From Balanoglossus misakiensis (taxonomy: Eukaryota; Animalia; Hemichordata), in contig CM082591.2 in the NCBI GenBank assembly GCA_040954595.2, positions 5,177,009 through 5,241,008 on the forward strand: a DNA stretch of 64,000 bases, in the 5' to 3' direction. The notes beneath the pieces are model-generated. The model saw only the letters and a program-made list of their open reading frames with translations. It ran no database searches and was not told the origin of the DNA. Positions 10,737 to 22,600 of this stretch are shown one piece after another (position 1 is the first letter of the stretch; each line of letters begins with the position of its first letter). The position numbers and the translations under genes are program-made.

Positions 10737-11953
10737 CAATCTGATTAAAATCAGATGTAGGGAACGGCGACTTGGTTTTTTTATGCTGTCGCCTCACACT
10801 ACATCTGACCAACTACAACTGGAGATCTCGCTGAACTCTCGCGTTCCGACCCGGCCAATCAGATTGCGTGTTATGCCGACTAAAGAATTGCACTGGGAGA
10901 TGGGAGAAATGTTGTTGTTGACTTCGAGTATCGCACAGAATACGAAAGATTGGCTTTCTCTTGTGAACAATTTACATGTAATCCCATGGTACCTTTTATT
11001 GTTTGGCGTCATCGTATTCGAGTGGTTTTCGCAGAGCAGTGGAAACGTCGAGCTGTAGCCATATACAAATGATAAACTGTCGTTGATCATTTATAAACTC
11101 TCCTAACAAGTCATGTTCGCCCTCGTAGTCATGCTGCCAGTCGGAAAATGACGTACTTCATGTAAAAGTTTATAAAAAATAAACCAAATTTCACTGCCAA
11201 GTATCCCAAAACAATTTATGTGACAGATTTATAAAAAGAACGCTAACTTCGGCTAAGAAATGTCAAGTCATAGCTCCGCCTTCAGGTCTGTGTGTTCCCG
11301 ACGCACCACAGCCCTGCATAAGGCCCCATAGACAAAACTGTTGCGTCTGCGGTCCGGACCCAGACGCCCGACCGCAGCTTTTTCTGTCGAAATTCGATTT
11401 TATCGAAGCAAAATCCTTTCCCTGTCTACTTCAACCGACCCCAAATATGATGCGATTAACTTCTTCTAACATCCGTGTAACGCCGGGAACACACAGACCT
11501 GCACGCAGAGCTAGTCAAGTCAGTGCACTCTCGTGTAAACAAACGATCGCGGCGACAGAATCTCTCCCTGGGACGGCCTTACACAAATGTAATCGATTCT
11601 CTAACAATTTTACTGCGACATGTTGCCACGTCTTATACATTTCGTTGACCGGTGGAATATAGAGGTTCAGTCGTCACGCTGAACTGGCTCGAAAACCATT
11701 CCCCACGCTGATTCGACTCTCGCGCCCGGGATTTATGTCTGTGGTAGCTCCATGGTAACAACCGCAAGGGGCCAGGTCATGTGATTGTGGGTTGCCTATC
11801 ATTTGCTATAAGGCGCCTTCTGATTGGATTAGAATCCCAGTAATTCTCGCGGAGTTCAGCGAGATCTCCAGTTGTAGTTGGTCAGATGTAGTGTGAGGCG
11901 ACAGCATAAAAAAACCACGTCGCCGTTCCCTACATCTGATTTTAATCAGATTG
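10737..11953. mobile_element. Non-autonomous Mutator (MULE)-like DNA transposon in RERG intron 1
   Basis: About 105-bp near-perfect terminal inverted repeats (CAATCTGATTAAAATCAGATGTAGGGAACGGCGAC... at 10737; ...CTACATCTGATTTTAATCAGATTG ending 11953), flanked by an exact 9-bp TSD CATATTGGC (10728-10736 and 11954-11962). No transposase ORF. Confidence 0.85.
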
Positions 11954-12879
11954 CATATTGGCATACTTGCAACCAAGCGGATGTCAACAACATCGACTGA
12001 CTGATTGACCGAATGAATGAATGAAGGGAAAGTGACCTTTAAAATACACATCTCTGAATAGTCACACACACACTTGACATCGCATATATTGCATGAATGT
12101 TCGACAATGAAAGTAACAAGAAGTGCACAAAACATACACATACTGTCATACATTGCATGTTTCCAAAACTCGAAGGACAGACAGACACTTGCCAAACAAC
12201 TATCAACTGCGCGTTACTCGTTGGCTCACTACAGTGCCAACACACACTAGAGCCATACATAAAGTCAAGGCCAAGGTCTGTTAAAGAGCTTCTGTGATTT
12301 ACGACCAAATGCCCAGACAGTCTGCCAACAATTATTATAAACTGAATGATTCCAATGGCGCCCTCGTCGGCTGAAGCAGTCTGATAGGTACCAGATGCTT
12401 TCCGGCCACTTGTAGCATGATTACAAGTTAAAACCATGCAACGTATACAAATGTTTCCGCTGTCAACGTTTCAGTTAGCAGATCTACTAACACAGCTCCC
12501 AGTTTATGAAAGAAACAGATTTAGCGTACTTCCAAACTACCAAACAAGCCACAAATCACCCAGTTGATAAAATGGTAAACTACAGAAAGCCCTCTGTAGT
12601 CTGCGAAGTGTAAGACCCAATTCTCACGACCTGATCGGAAATGTGTTTCCGTTACCCTGCACCCCAAACAACACCGGTAACACCTCCCAAAACCATAACT
12701 CAACGCTCTCTCAGTCCCAACAATAACTCACGGCCCTTTCAACTCCTTGCGCTCTCAAATCCAGCCAATACCAATCTCAATTCTTCTCAGATCTTTGCTT
12801 TCTTAGACTCCAAAATCTCAGCACTAAATCCCAGTTCTCTGCAACGATAAACATCCGGGGACTCCAATAAACCTTGCTG

Positions 12880-12950
12880 TTCTCCCATATGAACTGCCTA
12901 TCCACGCGAGATCTCGCAGTGTCTCGTCGAATTCGGAAAATGGCCTATTG
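12880..12950 (-). repeat. Dispersed repeat terminus, homologous to about 20018-20085 in the opposite orientation
   Basis: The reverse complement CAATAGGCCATTTTCCGAATTCGACGAGACACTGCGAGATCTCGCGTGGATAGGCAGTT aligns with CAATAGACCATTTTCCAAACCCCGCGAGAGCCTGTGAGATCTCACGTGGCTAGGCGGTT at 20018. Confidence 0.65.
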
Positions 12951-14481
12951 CTCAAGCGGAAATAGTAGCAAGATTATTTGAAGTCTTCCTTATCATAATG
13001 TGAGTTTGTTAAAAGTCCAACTCAATCTCGACCACAGAAACCATACACATCCAATAAACCTGTCTCGGTCTCGACAACCAAATTCAATTTATCTGGGCAG
13101 ACAGTATCCGAAAGCGAGGCCCATGCTTAATATTTCCGTATTTTATGGAGTACCAAGAAATGTGTCACGTCAAATCTCTATCGGTAACCTTCAGTGACCT
13201 CAGCAATCAATATTAACCGCAACTCACTTTACTATCGAAGCTTCTCACAGAAATCCTATAATTTTTATCTTTTTTGTCATTTCTGATATCCCTTCGGAAT
13301 ATTAAGTACGGTTACAATCACTCACTGTCTGCAAGATCGACCATACAGTATACATTCACTGATCAAGAATTACTGTATTCCCAAACGTAGCTGTGATTCC
13401 GACGAGAAATTCTCGCCTCGAACTGACAGACACAATTGCGCATGCTCGCTTTAGTGACGCCGGTTTGGTCTGTTTGTTTGCACTGCGGCGTCTTCTCTGT
13501 TCACCTGTTGTCATCTCAAGCGTCCCCTGTGGGAAAGGCGCGCGCGTCTGTCACGCTGTGGTTAATACGCTTATTAAAAAAACATCACGGAGAAATCTAT
13601 ATCACGATATTGTAATCATTAAATGAAAACAGAGGTTATGTTGAGAATGTGTTACTTCAGTGATACATACTATGCAAGCACCATTGAATTAATACATGGT
13701 CCGCAACATGTATCAGTCCGCGACCAAACACTGGTAAATACGATCCCGTCTCCCAAATTGCTCTGCTAACTAATAGAGCCGATGCTCAATATAGTCTGAC
13801 CTTACGACCTGTTATCTATAATTCCGACTCCCTTCTATTTTCTCCGCAACCATTCATTTCCCCTCACTTATCGTTATCTGCCTGGCTCTCACGTTTATCT
13901 GTCAACGCGTCTTGCCTCTCAGCTATTGCGGGCTTTGTGCTCTGTGTTCCCCGGCGACAAGAGGCTGGAACCCGGCAATTATCCAGGGTCGAAGTTCAGC
14001 CAGAAAATTTGTCTGGTTTGTATATAGGGTAAGTACGGTTTTCAAATGCGAAGCCATCTCCGAAGAAAAAAAATCGTAATTAACAGACAACGAACCGGAC
14101 GCCTGGTTTGTTAGCCAGAGTCGCGTACAGTGATTTCGTACTGAGGAATCATTGATGAAATCTCAGCTCCTCTGTCAGCAAACGGTCACACATACACGAC
14201 ACGTCTTTAGTTACTTTTTTACCTCGGCACGTGCACGGAATTACCAGACAGGCTCCGCGGTGATAGCGTGAGCGGGACCCGCCAAAGGGCCGCGAAGTAA
14301 CCGCTAAATCAACGCAAACAGTAAATGACAGAATGAACGATGAACAAGCAACTCGTTAACTTGTTTCTCAGACACACTACACCTCTGTAACTCCACATAA
14401 TATTAAGGTGGCACCTAGTTGCGACTCTGTGTGGTCTAAATCCAAACACAAGTGAAATCTTTCACACAGAACAAGTTAGAA

Positions 14482-14555
14482 TCCAGATATTCGCTGCCTG
14501 TAAAGTTTGAAGAGTTTCTGTCCAGATATTCGCTGTAAAGTTTGAAGAGTTTCTG
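14482..14555. repeat. Short tandem duplication (about 39 bp x 2)
   Basis: TCCAGATATTCGCTG(CCTG)TAAAGTTTGAAGAGTTTCTG occurs twice. Confidence 0.85.
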
Positions 14556-14899
14556 TAACACTTTCCTGCAGGCAGTGTGTGCAAGGGTGATTTGTGAAAC
14601 TGTTTACAATGGAGTCTCGTCTTCAATAGTACCAGACGAAACCACAGACGATTTAAGACGTCGTTTGTCCAACAACAAAGTTTTTAATCTCTCCCATAAT
14701 TTCTTGCGAACCGGCCGTAAATGTCAGCACGCTAACCCTTTTTTCTCACTCGACCCGTGTTTCACCTAAGTATGGCACGTAGTAGGGGAAAGGTGTTACC
14801 GAGTTCATGAAGGATGTCATAGCTTTTTCTGTAGAGACTTGTTATCTATAGTAGTGAAAGCATTATTGTAATTCCAACAGCTTGCGTGTGTACGTGTCA

Positions 14900-15158
14900 C
14901 CTCTCTCTCTCCCTCCATTCCTCCTCCTCCTCCTCTATCACTCTATCCTCATCTCTCGTTCTCTATTCCTCCCTCCTTCCTCTCTGTCCCTCCATCTCTA
15001 TCTGTCCCTCTTCTTTCTGTTCCTCCTCTCTTCCCCATCTTCCCTCTCCCCCAGTCCGGCCTTTCCTCCACTCTCTGTCATTCTCCCTTGGTCTCCATTC
15101 CTCCTACACCCTCTCTCTCTGCACTCCCTCCCTCTTCCCCTCTCTTTCTCTATTTCTG
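14900..15158. repeat. CT-rich low-complexity polypyrimidine tract (RERG intron 1)
   Basis: About 250 bp of nearly pure C/T; it generates spurious S/L/P-rich ORFs. Confidence 0.9.
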
Positions 15159-16351
15159 GATCTAGTATGAGAGGCTAATTATACACATCTTTAGACTTCT
15201 TAATAGTACTGGGGATATCAGAGGATCTATCTTAAGGCCATCATTCTTTACCGTGAAATGATACACATGTTTTTGAAAACAAAGCCGATCTTTACATATA
15301 TTATCATAAAGCTTTTATAAATATGGGATTCGTTTGAAAGGCAGTGTAATTTATGGCGTAGGTCTGACGGCGAAGAGAAACAAAATATCGACGCTGGCGA
15401 CAAAGTGGGTAAGTCTGTGCATTAATCGATACTTAATCTCTGAAATCGGCCGTTTGTGGAGTCAGTATATTTATGAACTAGCACTGTTTACAGATGCTAT
15501 AGTGCATCAGGGCAGTTGTTTTTAAAAAAAATCTCATTTTATGGGAGGCTGGACAAAATCTGAGTTATCTCAAGTGAGCCGCCATCGCATATGATTTCTT
15601 TCATTTGTATGCAGAACCCGAACGACTATTCAGTTGAGCAAGCAGTCGAGATTCCCGGATGTCACTTTTGTGGAAATGTCGTTGCTAATGACTCGTCAAA
15701 ATAATGAACTTCGAGCTTGAGAGCATGTAATAGAATACATCAATTTGCGTGTACACCAAAACCACTTATGCCGTTTAGCTATCGCCGAACAAAGTACACA
15801 TGTTTGAGAATTGTCACACATGTGCCTACATCTCTGCAGCTATTTCATTATCATAATTGGAACCAAATTTGATTTAATGGAGTTTGCTTCGTGACGCTTT
15901 GTTGAATATTTGGGGTTTCGGTCATCACTGTGTCGCGACGGAGAGTCAAATATTTAGAATATCAACGACCCGTGGTCTGTAAATGAGATTAGAGTTCAAC
16001 ACGTGTTCTTTCACTTTGCCGGACAAAAGTTGAAGCCTCACCGTCTGCTATTCCACATTTGTGCCTAACGTTTGTGTCTCATTACTGAGTTATCTTCCCC
16101 TCGATAGATAAGTGTGAAACGACAAAGCAAAAGTGGGATGTAAAATGACAACACAACATAGCTTTGTGATTTTATAAATTTCGGAACAAGACAAACCTCA
16201 GTGTCACGAGTGGGAGGGGCACTTCCTAAATTTGAGATGGAGGGACTATGGTTCAGCGTTCTTCGACTACATCTGTCAAGAACTCGTCGTGGAAAAAAAA
16301 TCAGGGATGCTAACCAAAATAACTTTCCATAAACTGACACAACGTCGCCAT

Positions 16352-16442
16352 GGAGAGGAGGGCGATGGGGAGAGAGAGTGGAAGAGACGGGGGAGAGCGA
16401 GAGAGGGAGGGTGGGAGGGAGGATGAGATGGAGGGAGGGGGA
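16352..16442 (+). repeat. GA-rich purine tract with a canonical G-quadruplex motif
   Basis: GGGAGGGTGGGAGGG at 16405-16419 within a G/A tract about 170 bp into RERG intron 1. Confidence 0.75.
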
Positions 16443-16602
16443 CAGTTGCACGATCTGTCGGATACAAGCTTGTAAGCGAACCTGTCACCCGCAACAGGGT
16501 ATATTTCTCACACACCACCAATACACACATCTTTCACCACTTCTTGCAAAAACACCACGACTCCCCACGCACAAAAGGCAACAGACAAAAGCTGCAACTA
16601 AC

Positions 16603-16693
16603 CGGATTTGCCAACAGCCGTCCGACCGAGCACCACGATCTTCACCTCGGCTGCTTTCCCGCTCCCCGACGGTGGCTTCGGCGGATTTGTCAT
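16603..16693 (-). CDS. RERG: RERG coding exon 1 of 4 (91 bp)
   Basis: ATG at 16693-16691; encodes MTNPPKPPSGSGKAAEVKIVVLGRTAVGKS followed by a G|GTTAGT donor. The phase-1 junction gives GKS-A-TVVRF (human RERG: [22 protein letters not shown]). Total CDS is 642 nt, 213 aa. Confidence 0.9.
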
Positions 16694-17899
16694 CTCGCAG
16701 GCGTTGTTGTTCGTCTCTCTGAAGCGGCCCATCCGATGATCGGGAATGAATACAAATTAGAAGGAGGGTTTCTAAGCTGGTTGAGTCTCGTTCTTCAGCC
16801 TCCGGGGGCGCTTAGAGGGCGGCTCCGGGTGACTTGACAATAAAGGGTGGTGTGATTCTCCCTTTTTTCTCGCACGCTAACGGGAACAGCTGTGAACTGC
16901 ACTGGATGCGCTGTTAATAGACGACCAATTGTTTACTGGTACCCACTACTTATAGACACCGACGAACCCGCGAACACTTGACGAGTGGTGACCTCTCTCG
17001 TTCGGGGTCACGGATGAAGAATGATGAAGTCTGCAACGCCCGTCAGTCCAGTCAATGCAGAAGTTTCAGGCGGCAGTTCTTCGTGACCTCCTTGTTTTCT
17101 GTGTCTTCCTCGCAGCGTCGATTCTGAATACTGATGCGTGTTTGTTCGCGCGACTGTGAAGATCGTTGACCCAGTTTGGAGAAGAACTGGAGAAACAAGC
17201 AAACAAGACAAATTGCGTTATTCCAATCCGTGCTTGTGTATTTGAACCCGAGTGCAATTACAGACTAGATGGCGCCAAGTTTTTTCCTTCTACGAACCCG
17301 TATCGATAGATAACATTAATGAAACGATGATATGTGATAGATTTATCTTTTATTTCACTATGTGATCTTTTGGTTAATGTCTTCCACCTTGACGATGCGG
17401 GCGCCATAACAAACGCCGGTGTTCGGGGAAACCATAACGGACATAGACACGGCACAAAGCTACTGCAAATGCTACTACGAGCATCTTCCTTATTTTTAAA
17501 AACTCAACAAATCTGATTTCGACCTATAGACTTCCTGACAAGACCACGTCAAATCCACAATAACAGTGCTGTCATAATCTTACTGACACGATTCAAGGCC
17601 ACTATGTTGTTTACGGTAAGACATATTGATTTTGGTCGGAAAAATATGATCGCCTTCCATTATTGATTATGTTTTCCGGTATTAGCTCACGGTTACGTTG
17701 GCTGTTACACGTCCATGAATTCTCACAGGACGGTCGGATGCGCTCAGTTTCCGCGGCTCCGATTGCATAAATTGCCTGAGTATTGAGTACACCCACGCTC
17801 GTTCATTTTCAAGCAGATTTGCCATTTCCGTGTTGATCACCTTCAGGTCATTACCTGCTATTTTTTTATCTGCTTGCAAATCTCTGTCTGTCGACGCCG

Positions 17900-18009
17900 C
17901 CTACCTGTCCGTCTGCCTGCCTGCCTGCATGTATGTATGTATGTATGTATGTATGTATGTATGTATGTATGTATGTATGTATGTATGTATGTATGTATGT
18001 ATGTATGTA
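17900..18009. repeat. Compound microsatellite (CTGC)n-(ATGT)n
   Basis: About 20 ATGT units follow degenerate CTGC units. Confidence 0.95.
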
Positions 18010-19636
18010 CAGATGGACGGACAGGGTACTGTACGTAAAATATCCACTGATCCGCTATGGACTGTCGATCGTCTGACTCTGTGTGTCCTACTTTCCTTGT
18101 CCCCAAATCCAGTTGACTGTGTCTGCTGTTTTGCATGCACCTGATTTCATTCGACCTCAGCACAACAGGACACAGGTTCACTACCCGTTCATATTTCTAA
18201 TAATGACCTCTCCAGCTTTCCTTGCAGTCAGTACTATCGTGATTATGATCACAGTAAAGTCGTCGAAGCAGCGAAAAGGAGAGTCGGTGACTGCACTAAA
18301 ACACTCTCAGACAGGTTTAATGCTCCGTACAGACATATCAAATCTTTACTTCAGTGTAATCCGCTGCCATCGTGCAGACGAAATACATGTATATACTTTA
18401 TTCCCCAGAAACCGAAAACGCAGATTGAGTATAGCTTTTCGCGATTTTACCTTCTTACAGTAGTACTGGTGACGAGGTAACGAGGGACATCCGAAGTGAA
18501 ATCTACTTTTCGAGGAAATAATCTGTATTATTAAACTGTCGGAGATGTGTTATTTTCTTGTCGACTGTCAGAGATCTTTAATGCATACATGACTCGCTTA
18601 CACGTATAAACAGGTCTGTGACCAAATTTTATCCAAAAATGGAGAAATCCTGACTTTCTAGTATACTTTCCATGCTTCCTGTCCGCCTGTCAATATTAAA
18701 ATTTGCACATAAGAATCGCGACGCCATTCAAGGTATATAGGGCAGACGAGAACACTAACAAACATCAACATTTGCAAACCAGAGCAAAAAAATCCTTGCC
18801 CGGAGATGGTATTGTGTTGTGATCCGTTAGATCCGCATTGAAACTAATCCGTCTGGAACAGATGGAGCGCGCGGCGACTCCAAGTCGAGAATCTTGGAAG
18901 GGACCGTGATGGAGTCGCAGTCCCTGCATGTGTAAAACCGCACTGTACTAAGCTTCACTTCTCTGGCAAACCCCCCTTTCCACGTCTGGGTCTGTATTTG
19001 GATTTTGTATGCACGACAAGGCAGTCCAATCAGTGTGAAATCTAAAAGTGGTTTTATCTGAACGTGCGCTATCAACTCAGTACTACGCTGAAGACGACGA
19101 CTCGTTCATGAAAACGCAAGTCCTTAAGATAACGACGTAAATGTACATTGATATTGTTTACGATGTAGTGACAATCAATAATGCAAGGAGAAATATTAAT
19201 ATTTCTGCGACGTAAGGATAAAAACATGACAATAACGAAAAGGAATCATGAAAGCGGTTTTTGACTTACGCAGACAAGCTTCGAACGAGCGGTTGATATA
19301 TCTCCGGAGCGGGTTAATCTGTCAAGAAAGACGTACACCGAACCCAGCAGCAAACTATGCACGGCGAAATAAAACACTACTACATGTACTCTGGAATCAG
19401 TCTGATTTATATGATTTCTCGCGTACGGGGTTGTTAGCCCCCCACGGCGCGAAGGTCTCACTGATTAGAGTGATTGGTTCGTGTCATCGATGACGTCACA
19501 TTGTCTTTCACGTCCCCCACAGACTAGCACCCCCGCTGAGCACTGGGCGTCGACAACTCTTGTCGGCGATGTGAGGGCGTTATTTTTTTTCTCAAAAAAA
19601 ACGTGACAGCTTCGGGTGAAGTTTACCTGTAGTAAC

Positions 19637-19651
19637 CGGTCATTCTGACCG
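19637..19651. promoter_or_regulatory. Perfect estrogen-response-element-type palindrome (IR3) upstream of RERG
   Basis: CGGTCA-TTC-TGACCG, about 2.95 kb 5' of the RERG ATG. A full CRE (TGACGTCA, 19491-19498) and a CCAAT box (ATTGG, 19473-19477) lie within 170 bp. Confidence 0.45.
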
Positions 19652-22600
19652 AGATTTCACAGTAAACGACCACTCTGCATTGGCAAATTTTCCAATGTAA
19701 CCCCCGTTCTTGCTTAACAGGCAGAAAGCCACCAGGGAACACTGTACAAACAGACTCATCGTACCTGTGTTCCAAAGAATGAAATAACAAATCATGTAGG
19801 ACTTATTTGCGTTCTAAATTATTTATATCCCGGTTAAAATAGTTATGAAGATGACAGATAAGCTACGGAAGTCACGTGTCTACAGATAATGAGGATATTG
19901 TGTACTAGACAAGCAGACGTCCAACTCACAAACAAAAATATTAAACCCTCGGGTGAGCAAATCATTTCCATTCTCCCACGCAAATCCCCAGCTACGCGCA
20001 CAACATCTAATCAGTTCCAATAGACCATTTTCCAAACCCCGCGAGAGCCTGTGAGATCTCACGTGGCTAGGCGGTTTGGGAGGGCATTCTCATGTGACAC
20101 AGCACAAACAACACATGGCCTATTTTTTGTTAAACTCTGCACCTATTCTAGTTTCATACACCTGCTTGGATTGCATTACACGGCTGGCAACCCGTTGTTT
20201 GAGGAGTTCTCAAGACACTGTTATCTTTGATGAGAAAATTGGCTTTAAAATGGACAGGTACAATGGATCACTACTTTACATCTGGGTTCAGTTACCGTAG
20301 AGCAAAAAAACACCAGCATAAGTGCAGTGTAACAGAAAGCACGACCCTTAACCGACAAACCGCGGACAAACCGCGGTTAGGGAGACGGGAATACGGATCA
20401 AATGCCGAGCCGACTCGACACACGTGACGGTTATCGCACGTGTACCGTTCTGAGCTTCGTTCATCCAGAGTTTAGCCGTTCTGCCCTTCGGACGGTCGTG
20501 AGAAAGTGCAGACTCGATGATTCGAGAAGCGGATGAGGATTTACATGTACTTGTAAGACATAAGAATCGCTTGAAAGTATATTCAATATAAAGGGCATGA
20601 CGCCTTTGTACAGCCGTCTTGAAAAGTGAACCCGACTGTTGGGATTTCTGATCCTCTAGCGAAAAATGATTAATTCTGACATTTCCGCTGTGTTAACATA
20701 CTGGCGGCCATTTTGAATTTAAATAGGTCGCAAATTCTGCGGAACAAGGATACTCAGATAGATTCTAGACAATCAAAATCCTAGCCACAAGATTGAAAAC
20801 CGGTAGCGCCGAGCATAATAAAGAAAAATATATTATAATGCAGAAGGACTGGACGAATAAATTAGGGCATGAATAAAATAATGTGTTATTTCCCACAAGA
20901 AGGGTCTTTCTTCTGTTGGTCGTTACTGGCTATATTTGACAAGCATCGAACTGGGCCATTTAGCTGGTTAAGACATGAACCCGAAAAAAATATACAAAGT
21001 TTACCACCGTTATCGAGCTTGTTAACTCTATTCCAATACCTCCTGGCCACTATTATCACAAACCTCACCATCTACCTGCATGGCCGAAGTTCAGCGACGC
21101 CAATTTGATTGACAGACCGAGAAAGGGAATACAACAGGAAATAGCTCGGAGACATATAAAATGACCAGCGGTGGCATAATGTATATAATTATGATTATAG
21201 TAGCAGAAGCGTAATTTAGCATCCAAGGACAGATAATTAGCCGGCTAATGCCATCCCACTAATTGGATTGGTATGGCGCTCTTGGGCTTCTTCCAAGTTT
21301 TACATAAACACAGAAGAGAAACACTAAATGTGACATTTAGAACTTCACGCGTTCACATGCTTCAGAGGAAGGTTCCAGCGAGCCCTTTATTGGATGTTGC
21401 CGTGGCATCATAGCAAAATATGGCGCGTTCGGTCTTCGAAGTTACCAAACAGGCATAAATATAGTAATGGATTTGATGAATATGTATTCATACAGAAAAA
21501 GGGGCTTCGTGTAAAACGTGGCTGTGTCACATGGAAACCTGTTGACGGGGCTCTGCAGAGTTATAAACATGTGGGTGGCTCGCATTTCATATTGCGTTTG
21601 TAGGGTTATGCCGATGAAAAATCATATAACAAAATTCCCACAGAAATAAATGAAACGACCATGTTTTAGCTTATAATTTTTTGGATTCAAAATTGTATTG
21701 CAAAGGCGGTAACGACGACGAGGGCGATGATGGTGGAGGTGGTAGTGGTCACTTGATGGTGGTGATGATGATCAAGAAACACAGCTTTATAAATAATCTC
21801 CGCGTAATCGATTCAGTTGCTGCCAGCTCTCGCCTAATTGGACAAAGTCTAGTCGCTTCAAGTTGATTGGCAGTGTAGAGGCATTGGCGGGAAACGATTG
21901 GCATTTATGGTCGTCTGGCAATTGTCGGTCAATTCACTACACTGTAGTTGTCGTCCAGACACGTAAAATACAATGTAATGAATGTAGACACGCAGCTGTA
22001 ATGAAAGTTCTGGACGGCAATTTTCTAGTTGTTGCATTGACAAAGCACCCTGCCATTACCGGCGCTGTTTCGACCTCACAGGCGACAAAACCGTCGCTTG
22101 AAATTTTAAACACAAAGCTGAAAGAACTTATAGGCATGACGAGAAAAACATCATTTTGAGGAGCAAATGGCATGGCACTTTAGTCGAAGGACAAGACGTT
22201 GTATTATAAACAAAGGTTCGGTGGCAGCAGCATCTCTGACTTGAAGTCATTTTAGTGCGAGCAACATTGGCGGGAATTCATCAAGTAAATCTGGCTACAA
22301 GTGACCGATAGTACTCAACTTCTGTCATCATTTTTGGTTTTGTGTCAGGGGAACACTGTGTTTTAATGTACTGAAGCCTGGCCAATTACCGCCACTAACA
22401 TGTTTTGCGCGGTACACTGCATATACACAATGTATATGTATTCAGTACAACATATGAACACCTGAGAAGCATCCTCAAAAAGCTGTACATGTATATCTCT
22501 GATGAACGATATTCAATGCCCAAGCTTTATATTCATCATTTCCTTGGCTCAACCGAAAGGAAAAGTTCTCGAAGACAAAATATCTTTTGGCAAGGTTAAG

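Noticed and set aside
10639-12195. Two ORFs sharing LIKIRCRERR.GFFMLSPHTTSDQLQLEISLNS (apparent gene duplication)
   Set aside because: The shared peptide is the translation of the transposon's terminal inverted repeats.
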